A DNA stretch of 64,000 bases, taken from assembly GCF_963921235.1 (NCBI RefSeq), contig NC_086110.1, positions 372,001-436,000 on the forward strand, in the 5' to 3' direction. The translations under genes and the position numbers were made by a program. Below, in pieces: positions 26,021 to 39,612 of this stretch. The stretch comes from Mobula hypostoma. Taxonomy: Eukaryota. The notes under the pieces were generated by a model. That model saw only the letters and a list, made by a program, of their open reading frames with translations, was not told the DNA's origin and ran no database searches. Positions within the stretch are counted from its first letter, which is position 1. The number at the start of each line of letters is the position of its first letter.

Positions 26021-27544
26021 AGTGGATGCATTAGTGATAATTTTTCAAAACTCGTTAGATTCTGGACTAGTTCCTGAGGATTGGAGGGTGGCTAATGTAA
26101 CCCCACTTTTTAAAAAAGGAGGGAGAGAGAAACCGGGGAATTATAGGCCGGTTAGCCTAACGTCGGTGGTGGGGAAACTGCTGGAGTCAGTTATCAAGGA
26201 TGTGATAACAGCACATTTGGAAAGCGGTGAAATGATCGGACAAAGTCAGCATGGATTTGTGAAAGGAAAATCATGTCTGACGAATCTCATAGAATTTTTT
26301 GAGGATGTAACTAGTAGAGTGGATAGGGGAGAACCAGTGGATGTGGTATATTTGGATTTTCAAAAGGCTTTTGACAAGGTCCCACATAGGAGATTAGTGT
26401 GCAAACTTAAAGCACACGGTATTGGGGGTAAGGTATTGGTGTGGGTGGAGAATTGGTTAGCAGACAGGAAGCAAAGAGTGGGAATAAACGGGACCTTTTC
26501 AGAATGGCAGGCGGTGACTAGTGGGGTACCGCAAGGCTCAGTGCTGGGACCCCAGTTGTTTACAATATATATTAATGACTTGGATGAGGGAATTAAATGC
26601 AGCATCTCCAAGTTTGCGGATGACACAAAGCTGGGTGGCAGTGTTAGAAGTGAGGAGGATGCTAAGAGGATGCAGGGTGACTTGGATAGGTTGGGTGAGT
26701 GGGCAAACTCATGGCAGATGCAATTTAATGTGGATAAATGTGAAGTTATCCACTTTGGTGGCAAAAATAGGAAAACAGATTATTATCTGAATGGTGGCCG
26801 ATTAGGAAAAGGGGAGGTGCAACGAGACCTGGGTGTCATTATACACCAGTCATTGAAAGTGGGCATGCAGGTACAGCAGGCGGTGAAAAAGGCGAACGGT
26901 ATGCTGGCATTCATCGCAACAGGATTCGAGTACAGGAGCAGGGAGGTACTACTGCAGTTGTACAAGGCCTTGGTGAGACCACACCTGGAGTATTGTGTGC
27001 AGTTTTGGTCCCCTAATCTGAGGAAAGACATCTTTGCCATAGAGGGAGTACAAAGAAGGTTCACCAGATTGATTCCTGGGATGGCAGGTCTTTCATATGA
27101 AGAAAGACTGGATGAACTGGGCTTGTGCTCGTTGGAATTTAGAAGATTGAGGGGGGATCTGATTGAAACGTATAAGATCCTAAAGGGATTGGACAGGCTA
27201 GATGCGGGAAGATTGTTCCCGATGTTGGGGAGGTCTAGAACGAGGGGTCACAGTTTGAGGATAGAGGGGAAGCCTTTTAGGACCGAGGTTAGGAAAACCT
27301 TCTTCACACAGAGAGTGGTGAATCTGTGGAATTCTCTGCCACAGCAAACTGTTGAGGCCAGTTCATTAGCTATGTTTAAAAGGAAGTTAGATATGGCCCT
27401 TGTGGCTACAGGGGTCAGGGGGTATGGAGGGAAGGCTGGGTTCTGAGTTGGATGATCAGCCATGATCATAATAAATGGCAGTGCAGGCTCGAAGGGCCGA
27501 ATGGCCTACTCCTGCACCTATTTTCTATGTTTCTATGTTTCTAT
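26021..27544 (+). mobile_element. Young 5'-truncated CR1 with uninterrupted RT reading frame, nested
   Basis: ORF 26001-27446 (481 aa; first ~7 aa from host); YLDFQKAFDKVPH, FADDTK; (CTATGTTT)n tail; host ...GAAGCAT|AATATG rejoins across it. Confidence 0.95.
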
Positions 27545-28859
27545 AATATGGTTCCAATTAGTCAGCATGGCTTTGTCAAAGGCAAGTCCTGCCTTACAAG
27601 CTTGATTGAATTTTTTGAGGATGTGACTAAACACATTGATGAAGGTAGAGCAGCAGATGTAGTGTGTATGCATTTTAGCAAGGCATTTCATAAGCCGCCC
27701 CATGCAAGGCTTATTGAGAAAGTAAGAAGGCATGGGATCTAAGGGGACATTGCTTTGTGGATCCAGAACTGGCTTGCCCATAGACGGCAAAGAGTGTTTG
27801 CAGACTGGTCATATTCTGCATGGGGGCCGGTGACCAGTGATGTGCCTCTGGGATCTGTTCTGGGTCCCCTATGCTTCGTGATTTTTAAAAATGACCTGGG
27901 TGAGGAAGTGAAGGGATGGGTTAGTAAATTTGCTGATGACACAAAGGTTGGAGGTGTTCTGGATAGTGTGGAGGGCTGTCAGAGGTTACAGCGTATGTTG
28001 ATAGGATGCAAGACTGGACTGACAAGTCGCTAATGGAGTTCAACCCATTTAATTGTTAGGTGGTTCATTTTGGTAGGTTAAATATGATGGCAGAATATAG
28101 GATTAATGGCAAGACACTTGGCAGTGTGGAGGATCAGAGGGATCTTGGGGTCTGAGTCCATCAGACATTCAAAGCTGCTACGCAGGTTGTCCCTGTGGTT
28201 AAGAAGACATACGGTGCATTAGCCTTCATCAGTCAGGGGATTGAGTCTAAAAGTCGAGACGTAATGTTGCAGCTGCATATGTAGGACCCTGGTCAGACCC
28301 CCCTTGGAGTACTGTACTCAGTTCTGGTCGCTTCTCTACAGGAAGGACGTGGAAACCGTTGAAAGTGTGCAGAGGAGATTTACAATGATGTTGTCTGGAT
28401 TGGGAAGCATGCCTTATGAGAATAGGTTGAGTGAACTTGGCCCTTTCTCCTTGGAGCGGCAGTGTATGAGAAGTGACCTGATGGAGGTGTTCAAGATGAT
28501 GAGAGCCATTGATCGTGTGGATAGTCGGAGTCATTTTCGCAGGGCTGAAATGGCTAGTACTAAAGGGCATAGATTTAAGGTGCTTGGAAGTAGGGAGAGA
28601 GGAGATATCAGGGGTAAGTTTTTTTACACAGAGAGTGGTGAGTGCGTGGAATGGGCTGCCGGCAGCGGTGGTGGAGGCGGAAATGACAGGGTCTTTTAAG
28701 AGACTCCTGGATGGATACATGGAGCTTAGAAAAATAGAGGGCTAAGGGTAAGCCTACGTCTTTCTTAGGTAAGCACATGTTCGGCACAGCTTTGTGGGCC
28801 GAAGAGCCAGTATTGTGCTGTAGGATTTCTACTTTTCTGTGTTTCATACTTCCGGATTT

Positions 28860-31800
28860 TAGTGAGTACAGTCCCAGATCCATCAAACGTCTGCTTATAT
28901 GATTAGCCTTTCAGTCCTGAATTGTCCGGAAACTTGACAATAAAGCCATCAATTCCTACATCAAACTTATTGACATGTAATGTAAAAAGAAGAGGTCCCA
29001 ACTCTCACTCCTATGGAACACCTTAGTCACCGGCAGCTGACCAAAAATTCTCCCTCCATAAGACCATAAGATCGGAAGACATAGTAGCAGAATTAGGCCA
29101 CTTAGCCCATCAAGTCTGCTCTGCCATTCCATTATGGCTGATCCCGGATCCCACTCAACCCATACACCTGCTTTCTCATCATATCCTTATTTCCCGCTCG
29201 ATCATGAATCGGTTAACATCTGCCTTAAATATATGCACGGACTTGGCCTCCACCGCAGTCTGTGGCATAGAATTCCAGAAATTTACTACTCTCTGGCAAA
29301 AACATCTTACCTCTGTTCTAAAGAGTTGCCACTAAATTTTGAAGTTTTGCCCTCTAGTTCTGGCTACCCCCACCACAGGAAACATCCTCTCAACATCCAC
29401 CCTATCTTGTCACTTCAATATTCGGTAGGTTTCAATGAGATTCCGTGCCTCCAACCACACCCCCCACCCCCAACCCCGCCGCCAACGTCCTTCTAAGTTC
29501 CAACGAGTACAGGCCCAAAGCTGCCAAACTCTTTTCATTTGTTTACCTCCTCATTCCTGGTATCCTCCTCGTGAATCTCCTCTGGACTCTCCCCAGTGAT
29601 AGCACATCTTTTCTGATTTATGCGGCCCAACACTATTGATAGTATTCTAAGTGTGGCCTGACCAGTGTCTTATAACGACACAGCATTCTCTCCTTGTTTT
29701 TATATTCTCTCCCCTTGAATTAACTGCTAACATTGCACTTGCCTTCACTACAGACTCAGCCTGTAAATTTAACCTGCTGGGAGTCTTGCATGAGGACTCC
29801 TAAGTCCCTCTGCACCTCTGATGTTTGAATCTTCTCCCCAATTAGATAACAGTCTGCACTATTGTTCCTTTAACCTAAATGTATTATAATACATTTTCCA
29901 ACACTGTATTCCATCTACCACTTTTTTTACCCGTTCTTCCAACTTGTCTAAGTCCTGTTGCAATTGCATTTCTTCCGCAGCACTACCAACACCTCCACAT
30001 ACCTTCGTATCATCCGCAAATTTGCCACAAAGCCATCAATTCCATTATACAAATCACCGACAAAAAATGTGAAAAGTAGTGGTTCCAATACTGACCCCTA
30101 AGGAACACCACTAGTCACCGACAGCAAACTAGAAAAGGCCCCCTTTATTCGCACATGCTGCCTCCTGCCTGTCAGCCATTCCTCTATCCATGCCAGTATC
30201 TTTCTTGTAACACCATAGGATTGTATCTTGTTAAGCAGCCTCACATGTGGCACCTTATCAAATGCCTTCTGAAAATCGAAGTAAATGACATCCATCGCCT
30301 CCCCTCCATCCACCCTGCTTGTTACTTCCTTGAAGAACTCTAACAGATTTGTCAGGCAAGATGTCCTTTGACAGAAACCATGCTGATTCTGACTTATTTT
30401 GTCATCAGTCTCTAAGTACCTTGAAACCTCATCCTTAACAACTGACACCAATACCTTCCCAACCACTGAGGTTAGGCTAACTGGCCTCTCTTTTTAAAGA
30501 GTGGAGTAAAATTTGCAACTAAGTCCTCCGGGACCATCCCAGAATCAAATGATTCTTGAAAAATCATGACCAATATATCCGTTATCTCTGTAGCAACCTC
30601 TCTCTGGACTCTGGGATGTAGTCTATCTGGCCCAGGTGACTTATCAACCTTAAGACCTTTGAGTTTGCCTAGTATTTGTTCCTCTGTAATAACAGAGGCA
30701 CTCATGAACTTCCTGGCACACTGCTTGTGTTTTCACAGTGAAGTCAGATACAACGTACCCATTCAGTTCACCAGCCATTTCTTTGTCCCCCATTACTACT
30801 TCACCAGCATCATCCTTCAGTCTTCCAACATCAACTCCCACCTTCTTTTTACTCTTTATATAACTGAAAAAAAAACACTTTTGGTATCCTTCCTAATATT
30901 ACTGGCTAGTCTGCCTTCATATTTCATTTTTCCTATTCTTATAGCTTTTATCCTTGACTTTTGTTGGATGTTAAAAGAATACCAATCATCCACTCACTTG
31001 TACTACATTATGTGCCCTTTTCTTGACTTTTATGCAGTACTTAATTTTCTTTGTCAGCCATGATTTCCTGCCCCTATTATTTGAGAACTTTTTCCTTTGT
31101 GCAACATATCTATCCTGGGCCTTGTGAAAAACCCCCAGGAACTGCAGCCATCGCTGCTCTGCCATTATTCCCACCAGCGGTCTCTTCCAATCCACCTGCG
31201 AAAGCTCCTCTCTCATGCCTCTGTAATTCGTTTTATTCCATTGCGATACAGATACTTAGGAGTTATATTTCTCCCTCTCCAATTGCAGTACAAAATCAAA
31301 CATATTATAATCACTGCTTCCTAAGGGTTCGTTCACGTTAAGCTCCCTAATAAGATCTAGGTTATTCCACAACACTCAGTCTGAGATAGTCTTTCCCCAA
31401 GTAGGCTCAAAGAGAAGCTGCTCTAAAAATCCATCTGGTACAGATTCAAGAATTTTCCTTTCTTGCGATCCAAGACCTACCTGATATTCCCAATCCCCTT
31501 GCATATTAAAGTCCCCCATTATTATTGTGCTATTACCCTTGTTTCATGCCTTTTCAACTCCCTTTACAATCTCAGCACCATATCTTTACTACTATTCCGA
31601 GGCGGTATATGATTCCCCTAGTGATTTTTACCCTTGCAATTTCGTAACTCCACCCACAAAGATCTAATATTCTCTGACCCTATGTCACTCCTTTCTAAAG
31701 ATATAATTTCATATCTTACCAACAGAGCTACATCACCGTCTATGCCTTCCTGCCTGTCCTTTTGATACAAAACATATCTTTCATTGCTAAGCTCCCAACC

Positions 31801-33500
31801 GTGGCCTTCCTTCATCCTCGGCTCAGTAATGTCCACAATGTCATTCAGACCAATCTCAAATACGCCACAGACTCGTCCACTTTTTTCCCACTCTTTGCTT
31901 CCTGCCAATCAGCCAATGCTTTATCCATGCTAATATCTTTTCTGTAATTCTATGGGTTCCTAATTTTTGTTAATCACCCTCATGTGTAGCACCTTGACAA
32001 AGGCCTTCTGAAAAGCCAAGTATACAGCATGCAAAGATTCTCCTTTGTCTATCCTGCTGTTATTTCTTCAAGGAATCCAGATAGATGCGTCATGCAAGAT
32101 TTTCCCTTGAGGAAACCATGCTGACTGCGGCTAATGTTATCATGTGCCTCCATGTACCCTGGAAGCACACCCTCAAAAAATGGACTCCAGCATCCATTCA
32201 GCCACTGAGGTCAGACTAACTGGCGTGTAATTTCCTTTCTTCTGCTTCTTTTCCTTATTGAAGTGTGGAGCGGCATTTGTAATTTTTCAGTCCTCTGGAA
32301 TTATTCCAGAATCCATTGATTCTTGAAATATCATTAGAAAAACCTCTACAATCTTTTTGGGCATCTCCTTCTGAGAGCAGGAGTGTACATCAGCTGGCCC
32401 AGGTAACCTATCTAACTTCTGACCATTCAGTTACACAAACACCTTCTCCCCTGTATTGGCAACTTCACTCACGTCTTCCCCTAAGAAACTTCCAGCACAC
32501 TGCTGGTGTCTTCCCCAGAGAATAATGATACAAAATATGTGTCTAGTTCGTCCACTATTTTCTCGACCCCATTACTACCTCTTCAGGGATTTTTTTTCCA
32601 AGTGGTCCAATATCTACCCTCACCTCTCTTTTGCATACTTATGTCTAAGGAAACCTTTGTATCTGCTTTCATATTGTTGGCTAGCTTACACTCATATACC
32701 ATCCTTTCTTTCTTTATTACTTCTTTGGTTGCATTCTGTTGGTATTTAAAAGATTTCCAATCCTCTAATGTTCCACTAAATGTTGTTGTATTATACGCCC
32801 TCTTTTTGGCATATATATTGGCTTTGACTTCTCTTGTCAGCCTCATTTGTGTCATCCTGCCTTTAGAATACTTCTTTGATGGGATGTAGCTATCCTGCCC
32901 CTTATGATTTGCTCCTAGGTACTCTAGCCATTGCTGCTGTACTGTCACCTCTGCTTCTGTTCCCTTCCAATCAGTTTTGGTTAGCTCCTCTCTCATGTTT
33001 CTGTAATTATTTTTACTCCACTGTAATAGGAATATATTAGAATATGAGGACACTCAGTCCTCATTTATTGTTATTTAGAAATGCATGCATGCACTAAGAA
33101 ATAATATATCTGGCTTCAGCTTCTCCTTCTCACAGTTCCTTTACCTTAACCACTCTGATCAATTTGTCGTACAACACTCAATCTAGAATAGCTGATGCCG
33201 GGTGGGCTCAAACACGAGCAGCTCTAAAAAGCCATTGCATAGGCATTCTACAACACCCCTTCCCTCCCCGTGATCCACTACCAATTTCAATATGCAGGTA
33301 GATCTTTCCAATCGACCTGCATATTGAAATACCTCATGACTATTGCAATATTGTTTTTTTTATAAAATGTATTTTCTCTCTCCCTCTGTAATTTGTAGAT
33401 CAAATTCTTGCTACTGATTGGGTTTATGTATGTAATTCCCATCAGAGTGGTTTTATTTTTGTAGTTTCTTAGCTCGACCCTTCTGATTCTACACCTTCTG
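28860..33500 (-). mobile_element. Composite of several degenerate CR1 copies
   Basis: Minus-strand ORFs 30098-30466, 30472-30705, 30986-31216, 31618-31908 and 32583-33053 are CR1 ORF2 pieces. Confidence 0.85.
33037..33102 (-). mobile_element. ~66-bp LINE 3'-end insertion with AATATA TSD inside CR1
   Basis: Same sequence as 50594-50660; AATATA at 33031-33036 and 33103-33108. Confidence 0.7.
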
Positions 33501-33519
33501 ATCCAAGTTACATGAAACT

Positions 33520-35130
33520 AGAATTTCAATAGCATTGGAGTGAGATAGGAACAGACAAGTTAGAAAAGCATTTAGGTGAAGTGAAGGGTGAAGGGAATTA
33601 TGGGTCTATTAGGCAGGGACTTGCAATCATAAACTGGGAACAGATATTCTCAGGGAAAGGTACGGAAGAAATGTGCCGAATTTTCAGGGGATATTTGTGT
33701 GGAGTTCTGCATAGGCACGTTCCAATGATACAGGGAGGTTACGGTAGGGTATAGGAAATATGGTGTACAAAGGCTGCAGTAAATCTAGTCAAAAAGAAAA
33801 GAAAAGCTTTTGAAAGGTTAAGAGAGCTAGGTAATGTTAGAGATCTAGAACATTCTAATGCTAACACGAAGGAGCTTAAGAAGGAAATTAGCAGAGCCAG
33901 AAGGGACGATGAAAAGGCCTTGGTGGGCAGGAGTAAAGAAAACTCCAAGGAATTCTACAAGTATGTGAAGAGCAAGAGGATAAGACATGAAAGAATACGA
34001 ACTATCAAATGTGACGGTGAGAAAGTGCGTATGGAACCGGAGGAAATAGCAGAGGTACTTAATGAATACTTTACTACAGTATTCACTATGGAAAGGGTTC
34101 TTGGTGATTGTAGGCATGACTTGCAGTGGACTGAAATGCCTGAGCATGTAGATATTAAGAAAGAGGATGTGCTGGAGCTTTTGGAAAGCATCAAGTCGAA
34201 TAAGTCGATGGGACCGGATGAGACGTACGCCAGGCTATGGTGGGAGGTGCAGGAGGAGATTGCTGGGACTCCAGCAATCATCTTTGCATCATCAATGGGG
34301 ACGGGAGAGGTTCCGGAGGATTGGAGGGTTGCCAATGTTGTTCCCTTATTCAAGAAAGGGACTTGGGATAGTCCAGGACATTATAGACCAGTGAATCTTA
34401 CTTCAGTGGTTGGTAAATTGATGGAGAAGATACTAAGAAGCAGGATTTATGAACATTTGGAGAGGTAGAATATGATTAGGAATAGTCAGTACGACTTTTT
34501 CAAGGGCAGGTCATGCTTTACGAGCCTGATAGAATTTTTTGAGGATGTGACTAAACGCATTGATGAAGGTAAAGCAGTAGATGTAGTATATATGGATTTC
34601 AGCAAGGCATTTGATAAGGTACCCCATGCAAGGATTATTGAGAAAGTAAGGAGGCATGGGATCCAAGGGGACATTGCTTTATGGCTCCACAACTGGCTTG
34701 CCCACAGAAGGCAAAGAGTGGTTGTGGACCAGTCGCATTCTGTATGGAGGTCAGTGACCAGTGGTGTGCCTCAGGGATCTGTTCTGGGACCCTTACTCTT
34801 CGTGATTTTTATAAATGACCTGGATGATGATGATGAGGGATGGGTTAGTAAGTTTGTTGATGACACAAAAGTTGGGGGTGTTGCGGATAGTGTGGAAGGC
34901 TGTCAGAGGTTACAGCGGGACATTGATAGGATGCAAAACTGGGCTGAGAAGTGGCAGATGGAGTTCAACCCAGATAAGTGTGAAGTGGTTCATTTTGGGA
35001 GGTCAAATATGATGGCAGAATATAGTATTAATGGTAAGACTCTTGGCGGTGTGGATGACCAGAGGGATCTTGGGGTCCGAGTCCATAGTACGCTCAAAGT
35101 AACTGTGCAGGTTGACTCTGTGGTTAACAA
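33520..35130 (+). mobile_element. CR1 ORF2 fragment
   Basis: ORFs 33920-34468 and 34472-35197. Confidence 0.9.
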
Positions 35131-35269
35131 GACAGAAGATATGGAGGATGCTGTGCTGGATACTGAGTGTTATTGGGCAATAGATTATGGGCAATGAGAA
35201 TTACCCTAGAGTACAGACAGGACGATTGGATCTGAGTCGATGTACGGTGAAGGGAGCAGATATTCCTTG

Positions 35270-35980
35270 TCCATTTATCCTTCCCCATTCATTTCTCTCG
35301 TGACATCCATTCCTGCAAGCATTACAAGTGCTACGCCTGCCACTACACGTCCAAATCAGACCTTCCAGGTGAGATGACGCTTAATCTGTGGTGAGACCCG
35401 CCACAGATTGGGGGACCAATTGTTGAGCACCTTCGATACATCCAATGCAAGAAGTAGGATCTCCTGCTGGCTTCTTATTTCAATTGGACTTCTGGTTTAT
35501 ATTCTGATATCTCTGAACCGCCTTGTACTGCAATGATGAGGTCATGTCAGGTTGGAGACGCAACACCTCACATTTCATCTAGATAGCCTCCAACTTGATG
35601 ACATAAATATCGATTTTTCTAACCTGCTAATTTCTCCCCCTCTCTTTCATTCTTCCTTGTCTATTCCCCATTCTGTTTTCCCTCTCATCCCTTCACCTTA
35701 CCTGCCCACTGTCTCCCTATAGCACCCCTTCCCTTCTTCCAAGGTTCACTATCCACTCCTGTTAGATTCCATCTTCTTCAACCGTTTGCTTCTTCCACCT
35801 TTCACATCTCAGGTTCTTACCCACCCACCTTCGCTCTCACCTAGTCTCAACCATCATCTGCCAGCTTACAACAGGCCCCCACCACCGGCCCATCAATTTT
35901 CCTATGCTGGCTTATGCCCTCTTCTTGTCGACTCCCAATGAAAGGTCTCTATTTATTCGAAATGTCGTCTGTTTATAACC
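35270..35980 (+). mobile_element. Degenerate Penelope-like element 3' part
   Basis: Similar to 10140-10860 (CAGACCTTCCAGGTGAG, GATTGGGGGACC...GAGCACCT, decayed hammerhead at ~35930-35970). Confidence 0.75.
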
Positions 35981-35989
35981 CTCCGCATA

Positions 35990-38900
35990 GAACATAGAAC
36001 AGCACAGCACAGGACAGGCCATTCGGCCCGCAGTGTTTTACCGAACCAGATAAAAGAGCTAATCCAAAACAACCTATCACTTATCCCTCCTACCCACATT
36101 ATGACCTTATCCCTTCATCTTCCCTATAACCACGTGCCTATCCAAACACTTCTTAAACGCCTCTAAAGTATTTGCCTCTACCAGCACACCAAGCAGTGCA
36201 TTCCAGGAATCCTACCACTCTCAGAGTAAAAATAAATTACCCTCAGATCCCTTGAATCTACCCGCTCTCACGTTCAATGCATGCCCACTGGTATTAGACA
36301 TTTGATTACTTGAAAGCAGATATACTCTGTCCACTCTATCTATGCTTCTCATAACCTTGTAAATCTCTGGCAGATTTCCCCTCAGCCTCTGACGCTCTAG
36401 AGAAGAAAAAACAAGTTTACCAGCCTCCCGTGATAGCACTTGCCCTCTAAACGAGGCTGAATTCTGCTAAAGCTTTAATACCCCGTCTCCAAAGTCTCGA
36501 CATCCTTCCGATAGTGGGACTGTACGAAATGCAGGCCTAACCATAGTTTTATAAAGTTGCAACATAACCTCCTGATTTTTGAACTCAGTGTTTCAACTAA
36601 TAAGGGCAAGCATCCCATTAGCCTTCCTAACTACCGTATCGACCTGCGTAGCTTATTTAAAGGAGCTATGAACTTGGATCCTAAGATCTCTCAGTTCAGC
36701 AGCACTTTTAAGGATCTTGCCCTTAACAGTGTGCTGTTTCCTTGCATTTGCTCCTCTGAAGTGCAGCACCTCACAATAATCTGGGTTAAACTCCATCTGC
36801 CATTTATCCGCCCATATCTGCCACTGATAAAAATCGGGCTGAATTCATTGCCGGTTTTCTACACTATCTACAACTCCAGCAACCTTGGTATCATCAGCAA
36901 ATTTATTAACCCACCCATGTACACTTTTATCCATATCTAGGTTATTTATATACATCATAAACAGCAGATGTCCCAGTACAGTTTCCTGCAGAATTTCTCT
37001 AATTGCAGACCTTCAGATCGAATATGTCCCTTCTATGCACAAGCCAGTTCGGAATCCAAACAACCATGTCGCCATGGACCCTATGTTGCTTCATAAACTT
37101 CGGGATTAGCCTTCCATCTGGGACTGTCAAATATCTCACCAAAATCCATGTAGACAACATCAACTGTCCTATCCTCACTAATCTCTCTCGTCACCTTGGC
37201 ACGAAACTCAGTCAAGTTGGTAATCATGACTTGACATGCAAATAGCAATGCTGCCTCTCCCTAATTAGGCCACGGGGTTCCAAATGCTCATATCCTAACT
37301 GTAAGAATTTTCTCCAGCAATTTCCCTACATCTGATGTGAGACTCACCAGTCTATAGCTTGCAGGATTTTTCCCTGTTTCCTTCTTCAATTGAGGTACAA
37401 CATTAGCCATTCGCCAGTCATCTGGAGCCCCTCTTGTGGCTAGAGAGGACACAACGATACTGGGCAAGGGCTCAGTAATCTTCTCTCTTGCCCCCTTCAA
37501 TAACCTTGGGACAAATCCCAGTATGCTCGGGAAACTTTAATGCTCATAAGGAGGCCCAACACTCCCTCTTCCTCAACCACCAAAACCCCTAACTTATCAG
37601 TCAGCTAACTGATCTCCTGGTCCTCTATATCCTTTTCCTTGGTAAATTCTGAAACAAAGTACTCATTAAGTACCTCACTCGCACTCCCTGCATCCAAACA
37701 AGTGTTCCCCGTTTTATCGTAGAGTGGTCCAACCCTCTCTACAATTATTCTCTTTGTCTTGATGTATGCACAGAATGACTTGGGATTTATCTTAATCCTA
37801 CTTCCCACAACCTTTTCATGGCTTATTCTGGCTTTCTTAATTCCGTTCTTCAGTTCTTTTTTAGTTTCTTTAGACAATTCATGTTCTTTGTTTAATTCTA
37901 ACTTCCGAAGATTTACATATTTTTCCATTTTCCTCATGACTAAAATCACCACCTCTTTGAACATCCAAGGTTCTCTTATCTTTCCATCCCCGTCATTCCT
38001 TCGAACAGAAACATCCCTTTCTTGTACTCTATGCAATTGATCTTTAAACTCCATCTGTGTCTGATGTGACATGCACATCAAAGAAAAGGTGGTCCCAATT
38101 AATGCTTTTTAGATCCTGCCTAATGCCCTCATAATCTTCCCTACTCCAATTTATAATTCTCCCACAAGGACCATACCTATCCTTATCTGTAGCTATCCTG
38201 AAAGTTAAGGAGTTGACGTCACTGTTTCCTGACTGTTCACCCACTGAAAGGTCAGTCACCTGACCAGACTCATTAGCCAACACCAGGTCCAGTCATTCCC
38301 CTTCTCTCGTTGGACCATCCACATACTGATTCAATAAATCTTCTCGGATACACTTAACAAATTCATCCTTATCTAAACCCCTTGCACTCAGAAGTTTCCA
38401 GCTTATATTAGGGAAGTTGAAATCCACCATGACAAGAATCCTATTATTTTTGCACATTTCCTTATCTGATTACATAATTTTCCCGGTGGCAATTATGGGG
38501 TCTGTAATACAACCCGGCCTGTGTAATTGCACCCTTCCAGTTTGTGAGTTCCACGCAAATGGACTCAGTGTCTCAGTCATCCATTACGTCTTCACGTGAT
38601 TGCAGTTGTGATATTGTCCCTGATCAGTAGTGCAACTCAGCCCTCCCTCTTTTACCTCCTCTGATGTCTTTTCTAATACTTCGAAAACTTGATACATTAG
38701 TCATCCATCCCTGCCCCTCTCTCAACTAAGTTTCAATGATCCACACTCATCACTCTTACCCATAATAGTCATAGCGTTAAAATACTTCCTATCATTCATA
38801 CCTGTTATTTCCATTTTTCCCCTCTCAGTACTTTCCCTGACAACTTTCTTCTGGTCTGATCCTTCCCTTACTGACCAGGAGCTCTGGTTCACTGCCCTCT

Positions 38901-39410
38901 ACAAAACTAGCTAAACTCATCTGAGTAGCAAGAGTGAACCACCTGGCTAGGATGTTGGTTCCCTTCCAGTTCAGGGGAAACCCGTCCATTTTGCACGTCA
39001 CCCCTTCCCCAGATAAGGTTCCAATCCATAGATTGCAACTTCAAATGTCTTTCTCTTCAGCCTACTTCCTAACTCTATATACTTACTGCCTAGGACCTCT
39101 TTCTCTTTTCTGCCTATGCCATTGGTACCAATATGTGTAATGCCATCTAGCTGTTCTTGCACCCACTCCAATACATCATGGAGCATAGCACCCAGGAGAC
39201 AGCACAGCATCCTGCTCTTTTTACTGCCAAAGAATCTCCTTTCTGTTCCCATAACTATCGAATCCCCTATAACTACCACACTGTTTTACTTTGCCCTTCC
39301 CTGTCGAGCTTCAGATCCGCCCACAGTGCCACCAGCCTGGCAGCTGCTGCCGTGATCTCATGGGTCACCCCCTCTCCCCAACTCAGCAGTATCCAAAGAG
39401 GTATACTTTT
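35990..39410 (-). mobile_element. Near full-length degenerate CR1 (ORF1 esterase-like remnant plus ORF2 plus tail)
   Basis: ORF 38998-39279 VVIGDSIV...HIGTNGIGR; ORF2 remnants; CATAGAA tail at ~35987. Confidence 0.85.
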
Positions 39411-39612
39411 TTTTTTGCTCTGGGAAATACTGCACACGATCTTCGACGCTGAGTTCCTTCAGCAGTTTGTGCGCATGACTGATGGAAAGATGCCTCCTGG
39501 CCACTGGGAGCGGGACTAACCTAAGCAACCGGCTGCTTGAAAAATGGCTTACATATGCCTGAAACATTTTAACGTATTTCCATCAATTAAAATGTCCACT
39601 GTAAGGCATTAC

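Larger units (their letters stand above)
24175..28850 (+). mobile_element. CR1 ORF2 (APE to 3' tail) hosting two younger CR1 insertions
   Basis: ORF 24392-25093 (APE/linker); RT remnants at 27546-28750; host sequence continues across both inserts. Confidence 0.88.

Noticed and set aside
26001-27446. Longest ORF (481 aa) as a host gene
   Set aside because: CR1 reverse transcriptase with LINE tail, nested in another CR1.
39553-39558. 6-nt micro-exon-like unit TTTCAG|GCATAT|GTAAGC just after the C1 exon
   Set aside because: Frame-preserving with good sites, but it needs a 54-nt intron; unsupported without RNA data.
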